From Pristiophorus japonicus (lineage: Eukaryota), in assembly GCF_044704955.1 (NCBI RefSeq), contig NC_091985.1, positions 201,252,001 through 201,316,000 of the forward strand: 64,000 bases of DNA, written 5' to 3'. This document shows, in pieces, positions 42,016 through 55,289 of this stretch (positions within the stretch are counted from its first letter, which is position 1; each line of letters opens with the position of its first letter). Position numbers and translations under genes: made by a program. Below the pieces are notes generated by a model. The model was not told where the DNA came from. It did not search any database and worked only from the letters and a program-made list of their open reading frames with translations.

Positions 42016-44351
42016 ATTCGGTCGGCTGCAGCGATCTTCCAGAGAAACATGGAGAGCCTACTCAAGTCGGTACCAAGCACGGTGGTTTTTCAGGACGAAA
42101 TATTGGTCACGGGTCGGGACACTGTCGAGCACCTACAAAACCTGGAGGAGGTCCTCCAGCGACTGGATCGCGTAGGGCTGCAGCTGAAGAGGTCAAAATG
42201 CATCTTCATGGCAACAGAAGTGGAGTTTTTGGGGAGAAAGATCGCGGCGGATGGCATTCGGCCCACATACGCCAAGACAGAGGCTATCAGAACGTCACGG
42301 AGCTGCGGTCGTTCCTGGGGCTCCTCAACTATTTTGGTAACTTCCTACCGGTGTTAAGCATCCTTTTAGAGCCCCGACATGTGTTATTACATAAAGGTGA
42401 GAATTGGGTATGGGGAAAAAAACAAGTAATTGCTTTTGAGAAAGCCAGAAACATTTTATGCTCCAACAAGCTGCTTGTACTGTATAACCCGTGTAAAGAC
42501 TTGTGCTAGCATGTGATGGGTCATCGTACGGAGTCGGGTGTATATTACAACAAGCTAACGTTGCGGGCAAATTGCAACCAGTCGCGTATGCCTCCAGGAG
42601 CTTGTCTAAGGCCGAGAGGGCCTACAGCATGATTGAGAAAGAGGTATTAGCGTGTGTGTTCGAGGTAAAGAAAATGCATCAGTGGCAGTTTGGCCTCAAA
42701 TTTGAGCTGGAAACCAATCACAAGCCCCTCATATCCCTGTTCGCTGAAAACAAGGAGATAAATACTAATGCCTCAGCCAACATACAAAGGTGGGCACTCA
42801 CGCTATCAGCGTATAACTATACCATCCGCCACAGGCCAGGCATCGAGAACTGTGCAGATGCTCTCGGTTGGCTACCATTGTCCACCACGAGGGTGAAAAT
42901 GGCGCAACCTGCAAACTTGTTGATGGTGGCGCAGCCCGCAGACTTGTTGATGGTCATGGAAGCGTTTGAAAATGATGAATCACCTGTCACGTCCCGCCAG
43001 ATTAGGACTTGGACCAGCCAAGATCCTCTGCTGTCCCTAGTAAAAAAACTGTGTACTGCATGGGAGCTGGGCCAGCATCCCCGTTGAAATGCAAGAGCTA
43101 ATCAAGCCATTCCAGCAACGAAAGGACAAGCTGCCCATTCAGGCAGACTGCCTGTTGTGGGGTAATCGCGTAGTGCTACCCAAAAAGGGCAGGGAGACGT
43201 TCATCTCGGATCTCCACAGCACACACCCAGGTATAGTAATGATGAAAGCGATAGCCAGATCCCACGTGTGGTGGCCCGGTATCGACTCTGACTTAGAGAA
43301 CTGTGTACGGCAATGCCGCATGTGTGCTCAGTTGAACAACGTGCCCAGAGAGGCACCACTAAGTTTGTGGTCCTGACCCTCCAGGCCATGGTCGAGGATC
43401 CATGTCGACTATGCGGGCCCGTTTCTCGGTAAAACGTTCCTGGTGGTGGTGGATGCTTTTTAAAATGGATTTAATGTGAAATAATGTCGGGAAGCACTGC
43501 CACCGTCACCATTGAAAGCCTGAGGGCCGTGTTTGCCATCCACAGCAGGCCATGTTTCACCAGTGCCGAATTTAAAGAATTCATGACCTGCAATGGGATC
43601 AAACATGTCACCTCGGCCCCGTTTAAATCAGCCTCCAATGGGCAGGCAGAGCGGGCAGTACAAACAAACAGAGCCTTAAACGAGTCACAGAAGGCTCACT
43701 CCAAACCCGTCTGTCCCAAGTACTGCTCAGCTACCGCACGAGACCCCACTCGCTCACAGGGGTGCCACCGGCTGAGCTACTCATGAAAAGGACACTTAAA
43801 ACCAGACTCTCGCTGGTTCACCCCAACCTGCATGATCAGGTAGAGAGCAGGCAGCAGCAACAAAATGTAAACGATGGTCACGCCATTGTGTCACGGGAAA
43901 TTGATCTGAATGACCCTGTGTATGTGCTAAACTATGGACATGGTCCCAAGTGGATCGCGGGCACAGTGATAGCCAAAGAAGGGAGCAGGGTGTTTGTAGT
44001 CAACTTAGACAATGGATAAATTTGCAGAAAGCACCTGGACCAAACGAGGCTGCGGTTCACAGACTGCTCTGAACAGCCCACATCAGGCACCACCTTTTTC
44101 GAGCCCACAACACACACCCAAAGGATCAACGACATCACCCCGGACCAGGAAATTGAACCCATCATGCCCAACAGCCCAGCAAGGCCAGGCTCATCCAGCA
44201 GCCCTGCAGGGCCAACAACACACCAGCCCAGCGAGGGCACAGCCAACACACCAGAACAGACATTTGTACCGAGGCGGTCCACCAGGGAAAGAAAGGCTCC
44301 CGACCACTTCACCTTGTAAATAGTTTTCACTTTGACTTTGGGGAGGAGTGA
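42016..44351 (+). mobile_element. Gypsy/Ty3 LTR retrotransposon internal fragment (RT end, RNase H, integrase)
   Basis: FQRNMESLL..VFQD, ACD.SSYGVG, AYASRSL..AE.AYS.IEKE, LHSTHPG..MKAIARSHVWWP..C..C, SNGQAERAVQ; RT-RH-INT order; PPT GGGGAGGAG at 44340. Confidence 0.93.
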
Positions 44352-44556
44352 TGTTGTGTATCTGTAAAGCATGCACTCCCATGTTCCGCCACCAGGGAGT
44401 GCATCCCCTGAAATCCCAAGGGATCCCAGCATCCCTTGGGAGCACTGTATATAAGCCGGCCCCTAAGGCCTGTTCCTCACTCTGGAGTGTCTTAATAAAG
44501 ACTGAGGTCACTATTACTTTAACCTCCCTGTGTGCAGTCTCATCTATGTTAGGAAA
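44352..44556 (+). mobile_element. 3' LTR of the Gypsy element (~200 bp, end clipped)
   Basis: Starts TGT just after the PPT; TATATAA at 44448; AATAAA at 44494. Confidence 0.75.
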
Positions 44557-44559
44557 TGT

Positions 44560-45397
44560 TTAACTGCACATCAAAGTATTTTTTAAATGTGGTGAGTGTT
44601 CCTGCCTCTACCACTCTTTCAGGCAGTGAGTTCCAGAGCCCTACCACCCTCTGGGCAAATCAATTTCCCCTCATATTTCCTCTAAACCTCATACCAATTA
44701 CTTTAAATCTATGCCCCCTGGTTGTTGACCACCTCTGCCAAGGGAAACAGGTCCTTCCTATCCACTCTATCCAGGCTCCAGATAATTTTATAAACCTCAA
44801 TCAGGTCTCCCCTCAGCCTCCTCTGTTCCAAAGAAAACAGACCCAGCTCCTCCAATATTTCCTCATAGCCAAAATTTTCCAGTCCAGGCAACATTCTTGT
44901 AAATCTTCTCCACACCCTTTCCAGTGCACTCACATCTTTCCTGTAATATGGTGACAAGAACTACATGCAGTACTCCAGCTGCAGCCTAACCAGTGTTTTG
45001 TACAGTTCAAGCATACCTCCCTGCTCTTGTATTCAATGCCACGACTTATAAAGGTAAGTATTCCATATGCCTTCTTAACCACCATATCTACCTGGCCTGC
45101 TACCTTCAGGTATCTGTGGTCCTGCACTCCAAGGTCCCTTTGTTCCTCTACACTTTTGAGTGTCGTGCCATTTAATGTATATTCCCTTGCCTTGTTAGAC
45201 CTCCCCAAATGCATTACCTCACACTTATCCTGATTGAATTCCATTTAACACTGTTCTTCCCACCTGACCAGTACATTGATATCTTCCGGCAGTCCACAGC
45301 TTTCTTCTTCATTATCAGCCACACAGCCTATTTTAGTGTCATCTGCAAACTTCTTAATCATACCCCCAACATTTAAGTCTAAGTCATTGATATATAT
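44560..45397 (-). mobile_element. CR1 (second family) RT fragment
   Basis: MEFNQDKCEVMHLG, LEQRRLRGDLIEVYKI. Confidence 0.88.
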
Positions 45398-45404
45398 TGT
45401 TAAG

Positions 45405-45880
45405 AACATGACAAATGGAATATAATGTTATCCACTTTGGTCGGAAACACAGAACAACAGAGTATTTTTAAATGGGAGATTGGGAAATGTTGATGTTCAG
45501 AGGGACCTGGGTGCCCCTTGTACATGAATAACTGAAAGTTAACACCCAAGTACAGCAAGCAATTAATAAAGCAAATGGTATGTTGGCCTTTATTACTAGA
45601 GGATTTGAGTATAAGAGTAAAGATGTTTTACTGTAATTATATAGGGCCCTGGTGAGACTGGACCTGGAGTATTGTGTACAGTTTTGGTCTCCTTATTTAA
45701 GGAAGGATATACTTGCCATAGAGGGAGTGCAACAGAGGTTCACCAAACTGATGCCCAGAAAATGGAGATCGTCCTATCACGAGAGATTGAGTGGATTAGG
45801 CCTATATTATCTAGAGTTCAGAAGTATGAGAGGTGATTTCATTGAAACATACAAAATTCTTACAGGGTTTGACAGGGTAA
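45405..45880 (+). mobile_element. CR1 RT C-terminal fragment
   Basis: LEYCVQFWSPYLRKDILAIEGVQ. Confidence 0.85.
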
Positions 45881-45919
45881 ACAACATACAAAATGAACTT
45901 ACAGTCCGCAAGTGTGACC

Positions 45920-46085
45920 GAGCTTCCAGTCGCCTGTCACTTTAATTCTCCACTCCACTCCCACTCTGACCTCTCCATCCTTGGTCTCCAGCAAAGCTCA
46001 ACGCAAGCTCGAGGAACAGCACCTCATCTTTCGTTTAGGCACTTTACAGCCCTTTGGACTTAACATCGAGTTCAACAATTTGACA
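45920..46085 (+). mobile_element. Penelope-like element fragment (GIY-YIG C-terminal region)
   Basis: Translates PVACHFNSP.HS.SDLSILGL...QRKLEEQHLIFRLGTLQPFGLNIEFNN. Confidence 0.75.
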
Positions 46086-46169
46086 GTGTAACCGCTGCCA
46101 ATTTTTGGCTCCCTCCCACCGCCCCCCCACCCAGCCAGAGCCTGTTTTGTTTCCTTTCTCCTTGTCGCT

Positions 46170-47668
46170 GATTGGATTTTTTGAGGAGGTAACCAAGAGG
46201 GTTGATGAGAGTAGTGCATATGGACTTTAGCAAGGCATTTAATAAGGTCCCACATGGTATACTGGTCATGAAGGTTAAAGCCCTTGGGATCCAGGGCAAA
46301 GAAGCAAGTTGGATCCAAAATTAGCCGCGCTGGCCGACAAAGAGCCGCGCAGCCCTTGGGCAGCAGCCCTAAAGGTTACATATAAACCTATGAACAATGA
46401 CAGAAAGGCAAAGAGTACCCAGCCCAATCAGTACACCTCACACAACTGCGCTATCTCTTATACTGAAACATTCCACACTCCACCCCCAACCAGAGCCATG
46501 TGATCTCTTGGGAGAGGTGAAAACCAGATAAAAATCCAGGCCAATTTAGGGAGAAAAAATGAGAAAATTCCTCTCCGACCCATCCAGGCGATCGAAACTA
46601 GTCCAGATCATCACCCTGGCAGTATTCTATTCCCTACAGTACTTACCATTATATCTGCACCATCCAACAAAAGGTCATCCACTCTAATCCCAATTACCAG
46701 CCCTAGGTCCGTAACCCTGCAGGTTACTGTACTTTAAGTGCCTATCCAACCATCTCTTAAAAGTGGTGAGGGTTTGTGCATCCACCATTCTTCCAGACAA
46801 CGAGTTCCAGATCCCCACAACCCTCTGCATAAAGAAGCCCCCTCTCAAATCCCCTCTAAACCTTCCACCAACCACCTTAAAACTTTACCCTCTTGTTATA
46901 GACTCCTCCACCAATGGAAATATGCCCTTACTATCCACTATGTCCAGGCCCTCAATATTTTGTACACCTCAATGAGGTCTACTCTCAATCTCCTCTGTTC
47001 CAATGAGAACAAACCAACCCAGCCTATCCAATCTGTCCTCATAACTAAGATTCTCCATTCTAGGCAGCATCCTCATAAATCTCCTCTGCTCCCTCTCTAG
47101 TGCAATCACATCCTTCCTATAATACGGCAACCAGAACTGCACGCAGTACTCCAGCTGTGGCCTAATCAAAGTATTATACAATTTAAACATAACCTCCCTG
47201 CTCTTATATTCTGTGCCTCGACCAATAAAGGCAAGTATTCCATATGCCTTCTTAACCACCTTATCCACCTGACCTGCTACTTTCAGGGATCTGTGGACAA
47301 GCACTCCAAGGTCCCTTGTTCATCTACACTATTAAGTGGCCTACCGCTTAATGTTTATACCCTTTCCTTATTAGCCCTCCAAAAGTACATCACCTCACAC
47401 TTCTCTGAATTAAATTCCATTTGCCACTGCTCTGCCCACCTGACCAGTAGATTGATATCCTCCTGCAGCCCATGACTTTCCTCTTCAATATAACCATATA
47501 GCCAATTTTAGTGTTGTCTGCAAACGTCTTAATCATACTCCCTATATTCAAATCTAAATCGTTGATATATAAAGCACAAAAAGCAAGGGGCCCAGTACTG
47601 AGCTTCGTGAAACCCCACTGGAAACATCCTTCCAGTCACAAAAACATCCATCAATCATTACCCTTTGC
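46170..47668. mobile_element. CR1 (second family): plus-strand RT piece 46170-46322 and minus-strand RT/3' part 46323-47668
   Basis: FFEEVTKRVDE..MDFSKAF.KVPHG on plus; VHRSLKVAGQV..PQLEYCVQFW on minus. Confidence 0.82.
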
Positions 47669-47868
47669 CACTGGACCAAGACCTAGCTCTGTCAAGCCCG
47701 TGTGGTGGCTGGTGTGCAACGTTCAGCACACGTTAATCCACACACAGGCATCTTCCACCCCCTCAATTGGAGTTCAGGACTGGATCATCGGATCCTTCAT
47801 TGAAACATCTGTGACCTCGTGTGGAAGCAAGTTATCCTGGTTGAAGGGACCGCCTATGATGATGATGA
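47669..47868 (+). mobile_element. Probable RTE-type 3' tail fragment
   Basis: Ends GGGACCGCCTATGATGATGATGA, like the reverse of the tail at 38871-38892. Confidence 0.65.
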
Positions 47869-47904
47869 AAGGAAAGCTCCGGGTCTGTGCGGTGCCATTG
47901 TGAC

Positions 47905-48480
47905 ACATCGAGACGTACCGCGCATGCGCGGCCATCTGTGCACAACAACAATGTCTTCCCCGCCCGCGCATGCTCAGACAGTGAGGGCCCGGCTCAGCCC
48001 CGCCCACTGGGAGCTGCAAGCCCCGCCCCTCACACACTCCGATTGCTTGGAGGACCAACCGCCCGCTCGGTCCTCCAGTCCCACCCCCGCTCTTCCCATT
48101 GGTTGGGAGCTGCCGTCAATCACCCGGGCAGTGTGAGTTGAGCATGTGCGGGCTGCGGGAGGTGGAGTGGCGACAGCGGGTGAGAGATGGGCGGAGGGAG
48201 GGAGCAGGTTAATAAACCCCGCGGGCTTCACACACACCGAGTGTGGGCCCAGGCCCGAGAGACAACACTCTGCATTATCCGCTTCACACACACCCGGTGC
48301 TGGCCTTAGGCCCCGAACAAGAACCTGCGGCTCCGGCCTTTCCCCGAGCGGGGTCCCCGGCAGTTGCGGGGCTTTCTCCCGGTGACAGGCTCCGGGGGGG
48401 AGAGGGCGCATGCGCGGCCTTTCCCTGGGCCAGGAACCAGGAGGAGAGAATGTTGAGAGTCTCTATCCTGGACTCACAGT
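47905..48480. promoter_or_regulatory. CpG island with NRF1-type palindromes, CCAAT and GC boxes (probable ZNF locus 2 promoter)
   Basis: GCGCATGCGC at 47920 and ~48406, GCGCATGCTC at ~47966; high CpG density. Confidence 0.6.
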
Positions 48481-49430
48481 CAGGGCTTTTGTAAACTGCT
48501 GTTCCAGGCTGGGGTTTAACATTCTGCATAAATAGCCGATTGGCTTATCGGGCCGCAGTGTTTGTTTCAGAACCGCTGTCTGATCTGTCCCCTTAATCAA
48601 GGGATGGGTGGGGATTCAAAAGGAGATATTCGTGTGGAGGCAGAGGGCATGGTTGAGGTTTTAAATGAGTACATTGCTTCTGTCTTCACTACAGAAGAGG
48701 ATTCTGCCAATGTAGCAGCAAACAAGATAGTATCGATATTACTTGGGATAAAAATTATCAGATTGTGGGTGCAGGGGATGGATTGGTCCTGTGGGTGGGT
48801 TTAGAAGCTTTATAAACACCTGGTGTGGGCCTGAGGTGCCAAATAAGAGCCCACAGGCCCCGTGTTTACCTCCCGGTGAGGGGCCCTGTGAGTGACCGCC
48901 CGGGGGAGCGGGCTCACAGGCCGCCAGCTTGGACAGGGCGGGGCTCACTGCGACTGCGCAGTACTTTGGGCAGGAACAAAGAGTGGGCGGGGCTTCAGGG
49001 TCTCTGTCACTTTGATTGGACGACATGTTTCTCCCCATATTAGTGGCCCCTGAAAGGAAGCCTTGTTCTGATTCTTGTCTGGTGACCCTGGGGCAATACA
49101 GTATCACCCTATTGGTCCATCAAAATAAGCCCAGTGTCCAGGAGAGAAAATCATCAGTTCATTGCTTTTATTCCCATTCTACACTCAGGGGTTGTAGAGC
49201 TGAATCCAGCCAGAGTAGAGGGAGGGAGAAAACTGGGAGCGGAGGATAAAATGATGGAGATGGTGCGATGGGTTTGGAGTTTAGCACAGGGAGGAGGGAG
49301 AGTGTGTGGGATGGGGATTTACAGCTTTAGGGGAAGAAGAGAGTAAAAAATGTTCTATAGAAACTCAAATTGTCTGTTCTGAATTTCTATCAATAATTAC
49401 AGTGATGTATTTTGTAAACTCCCTTTACAG

Positions 49431-50037
49431 AGAATCAGAACGGGATGATTTGCAAACGAGAAACACAAACCAAACATCACCTCATGTTCTGACCGAGTCA
49501 CTCGATTCATCAAGACCTGACTATCATCGGACTTTGCATGTGGAAGAAGAAATGTTTGTCTGTGGGAAAAGATTTCAAAGATCAGTGTGACTGGAAAAGC
49601 ACCGAGACACACACACCCGAGTGAGAGTGTTCCAGTGCACTGACTGTGGAAGGAGCTTTTACCAGTTACACAGCCTGAAAAACAGCGCACCATTTACAGC
49701 GGGAGAAACTGTACACGTGTTGTGTGTGTGGACGAGGCTTCAACTGATCGTCCAACCTGAGACACAAGGACACCCGCACCACGGAGAAACCGTGGAAATG
49801 TGGGGACCATGGGAAGGGATTCAATTAACTATCCCGCTGAAAACTAGGGAGAGGCTGTTCAACTGCCCCTTATGTTGAATGTGATTCAATTGTCTAGCAT
49901 GCTGACATGCCAGCGAGCTCGCAATAAAGACCATTCACCTGCTCCATGTGGGAAGAGATTCACTTGTTCATCCCAACTCACTACAGACCAATTTGATCAC
50001 ACTGATGAGAGACCTTTTAAATGTTCTGACTGTGGGA
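49431..50037 (+). pseudogene. C2H2 ZNF pseudogene (locus 2), cut by a CR1 insertion
   Basis: Same leader as locus 1; frameshifted, degenerate fingers. Confidence 0.85.
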
Positions 50038-50980
50038 ACTCCACTTTCCTGCCTGCTCCCCATAACCCTTGATTTCCCTATCGTTCAAAAACATGTCTAT
50101 CTCAATCTTAAATATATTCAATGACCCAGCCTCCACAGTTCTCTGGGACAGAGAATTCCAAAGATTCAAGACCCTCAGCGAAGAAATTCCTCCCCATCTC
50201 TTTCAAATATCCGACCCCTTACTCTGAAACTATGCCCTTTAGTTCTAGATTCCCGATGAGGGGAAACATTTTGTGAAGCCCTCTCAGAATCTTATATGGT
50301 TCAATAAGATCATCTCTCATTCTTCTAAACTTCAATGAGTATAAACCCAACCTGCCAACATTTCATCATAAGACAACCCCTTCATCTCGGGAATCAACCT
50401 AGTGAACCTTGTCTGAATTGCCTCCAATGCAAGTATATCTCTCCTTAAATAAGGAGACCAAACCCATACGCAGTACTGCAGGTGTGGTCTCACCAATGCC
50501 CTTTACAGTTGTAGCAGGACCTCCGTGCTTTTATACTCCATCCTCTTGCAATAAAGGTGAACATTCCATTTGCCTTCCGAATTAATTGCTGTATCTGCAT
50601 GTGAGCTTTTTGTGTTTCATGTAGAAGGACCTCCAGATCCCTCTGTACCGCTGCATTTTGTAGTCGCCTTTAAAATAATTTTTATTCTTCCGACCAAAGT
50701 GGATAACTTCACATTTTCCCACATTATACTCCAGCTGCCAAATTTTTGCCCACTCACTTAACCTATCTATATCTTTTTGCAGATTCTTTGTGTCCTCTTC
50801 ACAACTTGCTTTCCCACCTGTCTTTGTATCGTCAGCAAATTTGGCTACATTACAGACGGTCCCTTCATCCAAGTCATTAATATAAAGTGTAAATAGTTAA
50901 GCTCCCAGCACTGATCCCTGTGGCACTCCACAAGTTACAGTTTGCCAATCTGAAAATGACCCATTTATCTGGACTATCTG
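50038..50980 (-). mobile_element. CR1 LINE fragment
   Basis: AKFADDTK...WAKIWQLEYNVGKCEVIHFG. Confidence 0.9.
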
Positions 50981-51318
50981 GGGTGAGGGAGTACACTGAC
51001 CACGAATAGATTCTGCTAACTATAATGAGGTTTGTTTACTCTTTACAATGTTTTGAATTGTGTGTTTAACTGAAGTCAGACCTTGAGTGCAGTTACGCGC
51101 GGGCACTGGGCTGTTTCTGGTGAATGAATGTGGACAGTGTTAGTGGGGAATAGATTTGTGTGGGATCATTCTGTGCTAAACACTTTGCTGGGCTGTGGGT
51201 TTGCCTCAGTCCCAGTGAAGGAGTGCTGTTGAATCACAAACACGCCAGAGATTTAAACCCCATGGACAATCTCTGTGACGTCATTGTGGCTGGGGGAAAG
51301 ATTCCTTCTAGTCTGTCT

Positions 51319-51490
51319 AGGACCACTTACACTGAGACACCAAATCCAGGGACCACTTTCACTGAGACACCAAATCGAGGACCACTTAACAGACACCAAA
51401 TCCACGGACCACTTACACAGACACCAAATCCAGGACCACTTACACTGAGACACCAAATCCAGGGACCAGTTACACTGAGACTACAAAATG
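51319..51490 (+). repeat. ~30-bp tandem repeat (GGACCACTTACACTGAGACACCAAATCCAG), ~6 copies
   Basis: Visible tandem copies. Confidence 0.88.
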
Positions 51491-52664
51491 GGAATGGGAG
51501 AGCCTCAGTATGGGGAATGGTTGTGGTTGTGAATCCAGCTGTAGTGAGGGCGGAAGGTGGGTAATGGACGAAGTTGTGACGGTGGAATTAGACGGGGACT
51601 GGTGGGGCCTGGTGACAGGTTATTGTCAGAAGCCTTTTTCAGACAGGCCGATAATTGGATGTAACCAGCGCAACATCTGGATCTGACTGTTCTTGTCCCA
51701 AAATCCCAAAGTCCTAATGTCCCTGATGTTTTTTTCTGTCGGAAATGTCGAGATGTGAAAGAATTGGAGGAAAGTGGACTCGGTCAGAAAGAAGGTTCCT
51801 GGAATGAACAATTCATGAGGCTGTTTTGTGACTTGTCTGCGTGTGGTTTAAAAAAAAATGAAATTAAAATCGACGCGTCTAGTAACACGGTGTTGTCAAT
51901 TGTGGTTTATAACCTTAATCACTAACTCGTAAACCGAACATCGTATTGACTATCCACAAATAGCCCCAACCACTAACCCTAAACCTACACCCAAACCCCA
52001 GCCTGAACCAAGGTTTATTGACATGGATCAATGGAGGATCTAATGAACTGATAAAGGAAGTATTTGAAACAATGATCTTGATTAAAGAAATAGTGCAAGG
52101 TATGTTAGCAACAAGAGATTCAATCAACGAGATCAGCAATGAGAGTTACAAAGATCAGAACATTTCAAAGGGTCTCACATGCAATATGTGTGGAGGAGTT
52201 TAAAAAAAAATCAGATCCAAAAAGGGTTAAATGGTACAGAAAATAACAGATTTAAAATCTTATGCAAGATAGGTCTATAAAGGATGGGTCAACAGAACTT
52301 CAGAGGAGTGTAAAGTGAGACACTACAGTTCAGTCTCTCACACCCACAACAAGCTTGGGATTTGATGTGGTAGAATGAGAACTAGATGAGAACTGAAATA
52401 ATCTAGAGTAAGAAAAGGCCCAAAAATGGAACAGTGGGTAACAGAACATCAATTAGTCTCTTATCATGGAGAAATCAAATACTCAACACACTGTTTGAAA
52501 AAAAGCTGATTTATTTAATATTTATCCAGAATATTAAACTCAAGCCCAGTTATAGGGGTTATTAATGTCAGCAGAAATAAAGCACGATTTCCATAGTGAA
52601 CATGATTCAGTCCAGGATGTGGTTAACAGCAGCAAAAACAGCAGAATCCAAAACGCTGCAGTTA

Positions 52665-53425
52665 GTTATGAACTGGCTGGTGTCTCAGCAGAGAGCATGT
52701 TTGAGTGAATCCCTTCCCACACTCAGTGCAGGTGAACGGTCTCCTCAGTGTGAATTCGCTGGTGTCTGAACAGAGAGCATGACTGAGTGAATCCTTTCCC
52801 ACACTCTGCAGGTGAATGGTCTCCTCAGTGTGAGTACGTGGTGCGTCAGCGGATTCTTTGTGCTTTTAAAGCTCTTCTCACAGTCAGAACATTGAAATGA
52901 CGTCTCAACAGTGTGAATAAGTTGGTGTGTCAGAAGATGGGATGATTGAAGTCATCCCTTCCCACACTCAATACATGTGATCGGTCTCTCCCCCATGTGA
53001 ACTCGCTTGTGCGTCTGGAGCTTGGATAACAGAGTGAATCCCTTCCTGCACATGGACCAAGTGAATGGCCTCTCCCCAGTGTGAATACGTCACTGAATAT
53101 CCAGCTGGGATGGGAAATTAAATCCCTTTCCACATTCCCACGGTTTCCCTGTGGTACAGGAGTCCTCGTCTCCAGATTGGATGATCAGTTGAAGCCTCAT
53201 TTTTGTCAGGCTGCGTAACTGGTTAAAGCTCTTTCCACAGTCAGTGCACTGGAACAATCTCACTCGGGTGTGTGTCTCGGTGCTTTTCCAGTCACACTGA
53301 TGTTTGAAATCTTTTGCCATGGACAGAACAGGCAAACATTTCTCCTTCCACATTCAAAGACCGATGATATTCAGGTCCTGCTGAATGGAGTGACTCTGTC
53401 AGATCTTGACGTGATGTTTGGTTTG
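52665..53425 (-). pseudogene. C2H2 ZNF pseudogene (locus 3)
   Basis: Family leader plus about 6 broken fingers; 3' flank 52380-52660 parallels 55690-55925. Confidence 0.87.
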
Positions 53426-54129
53426 ATTGTAGCTAATACCATGTTTAATTAATTAGTAGGTTTGAGACTGTCAGCAACATTAATACCTTATTAAGAAATA
53501 TATGAAGAACAGATTCTGTCCTCTTCCATATCTTGTATTGATCCATCAATCAGAGTAAACATGCAAGTCCCGCGTGTCCACAGTAACTGACACGAGGTCA
53601 GCCCACTGGATGGAACCTCGGGCGCCCTGAGCTTGATCTCTGGTGTCTCCAGTCCTGACTGCTCCCTTACATCAGTCTCCCCTCACTTTTATACCCTGCA
53701 GTGATCCATCTCTGGCATCGACTCTTCTGTGTCTTCTCTGCTGGGTTTGGGCAGGAAGCTGGGAAAGGACAGCTGGAACTTCTCTAATCTGTGATTTACA
53801 AGGACACTTTCCCTGGTTCCCAGTGATTACTTTTCTTCAGTAATTTTCTCATTAACCCTAAACTACCCTGCCTGCTGTTAGTTGTTATTTTTTATAGTTT
53901 CACAATTATAGATCTACACATCACACATTCTAATCTAACCTATTCTATTCCTCACTCTGGTTTAAGCTTATATTGTGGTTACTAACAGACAAACCTGTTC
54001 TTTCCCCTGATCTGATTACAGATTCCAACAAATGGGTTCAGTGTTGCCATGGTGACCTGTCTGCAGTGAATCGATTGTTTGAGTTTCTAACTTAGACTAA
54101 ACTTCTCTTTCCTATAATAAGTCAATGTA

Positions 54130-54640
54130 TTTTTAGCCATTTTATGTTGATAAAGTGGTTAAAAAAGCACATGATCCTAGGTTTTATACATAAGGGTGTA
54201 GTGTATAAATGGGCAGAAGATATGTAAACCTGAACAAATCATTGGTTAGGCTGCAGTTAGAATATTGTGTCAGCTTTTGGGCATCTTACACCAGTGGGAT
54301 GACGAGGCCATGGAGAGGGTGCAAAGATTCACTGAGATGTTACCAGGGAAGAGAGGCTTTAGTTATCGGGAGAGATTGTAGAAACTGGGGTCTTTTCATT
54401 AGAACAAAGGTTACTCTCATGTACAAAGCCCAGCTTCCCATACCTTCCCAGAGTGCCTCTCCTAACCTTGGTATCCAGGAAAGGTATTGGTAACAAGTCC
54501 CTGATAACTAAATAACTTAATTTGTGATCTGAGGGAGGTGTTCAAGATGTAATCAGGTAAATGAGGAAAAACTATTTCCACCAGTCGGTGAGTCAGTAAC
54601 TCGAGGGCATCAAATTCAAATCATCACCAAAAGGCTCAGA
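54130..54640 (+). mobile_element. Old CR1 RT C-terminal remnant
   Basis: KSLVRLQLEYCVSFWA. Confidence 0.65.
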
Positions 54641-54814
54641 CCCAGGGAGGAACTATCGAGCACACTGTACAACAATGTTCGGGACACTCACTGTCCCTCC
54701 GGATCTGTGTCCGGGGGAGGAACTGATGGGTTTCTCTTATCTTTGGGTTAAATTATGTTCTCATCGAGGTGGTGGATATCAGCATTGGGGATTAGGGTAT
54801 TCTGAGGCACTCTC

Positions 54815-55160
54815 CAGTCAGGTACAGCATGGGTTAGATACAGATTAAAGCTCCCTTTACACTGTCTCATCAAACACTCCCAGGGCAAGTACAGCACGGG
54901 TTAGATACATAGTAAAGCTCCCTTCACACTGTCTCATCAAACACTCCCAGGGCAGGTACAGCAAGGGTTAGATACAGAGTAAAGCTCCCTCCACACTGTC
55001 TCATCAAGCACTCCCAGGGCAGGTACAGCACGGGTTAGATACAGATAAAGTTCCCTCTATACTGTCCCATCAAACACTCCCAGGGCAGGTACAGCACGGG
55101 TTAGATACATAGTAAAGATCCCTCCACACTGTCCCATCAAACACTCCCAGGGCAGGTACA
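54815..55160 (+). repeat. 67-bp tandem repeat (GGTACAGCACGGGTTAGATACAGAGTAAAGCTCCCT...CAAACACTCCCAGGGCA), 5 copies
   Basis: Period 67 (54821, 54888, 54955, 55022). Confidence 0.93.
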
Positions 55161-55289
55161 TGGATGTGTTACCGATACCTTCCCTGGATACCAAGGCTAG
55201 GAGTGACAATCTGAAAGATATAGAAATCTAGGATTTGTCCATGAGAGTAACCGAAGGAATGAGAACTGAAATAATCGTGAGTAATGATC

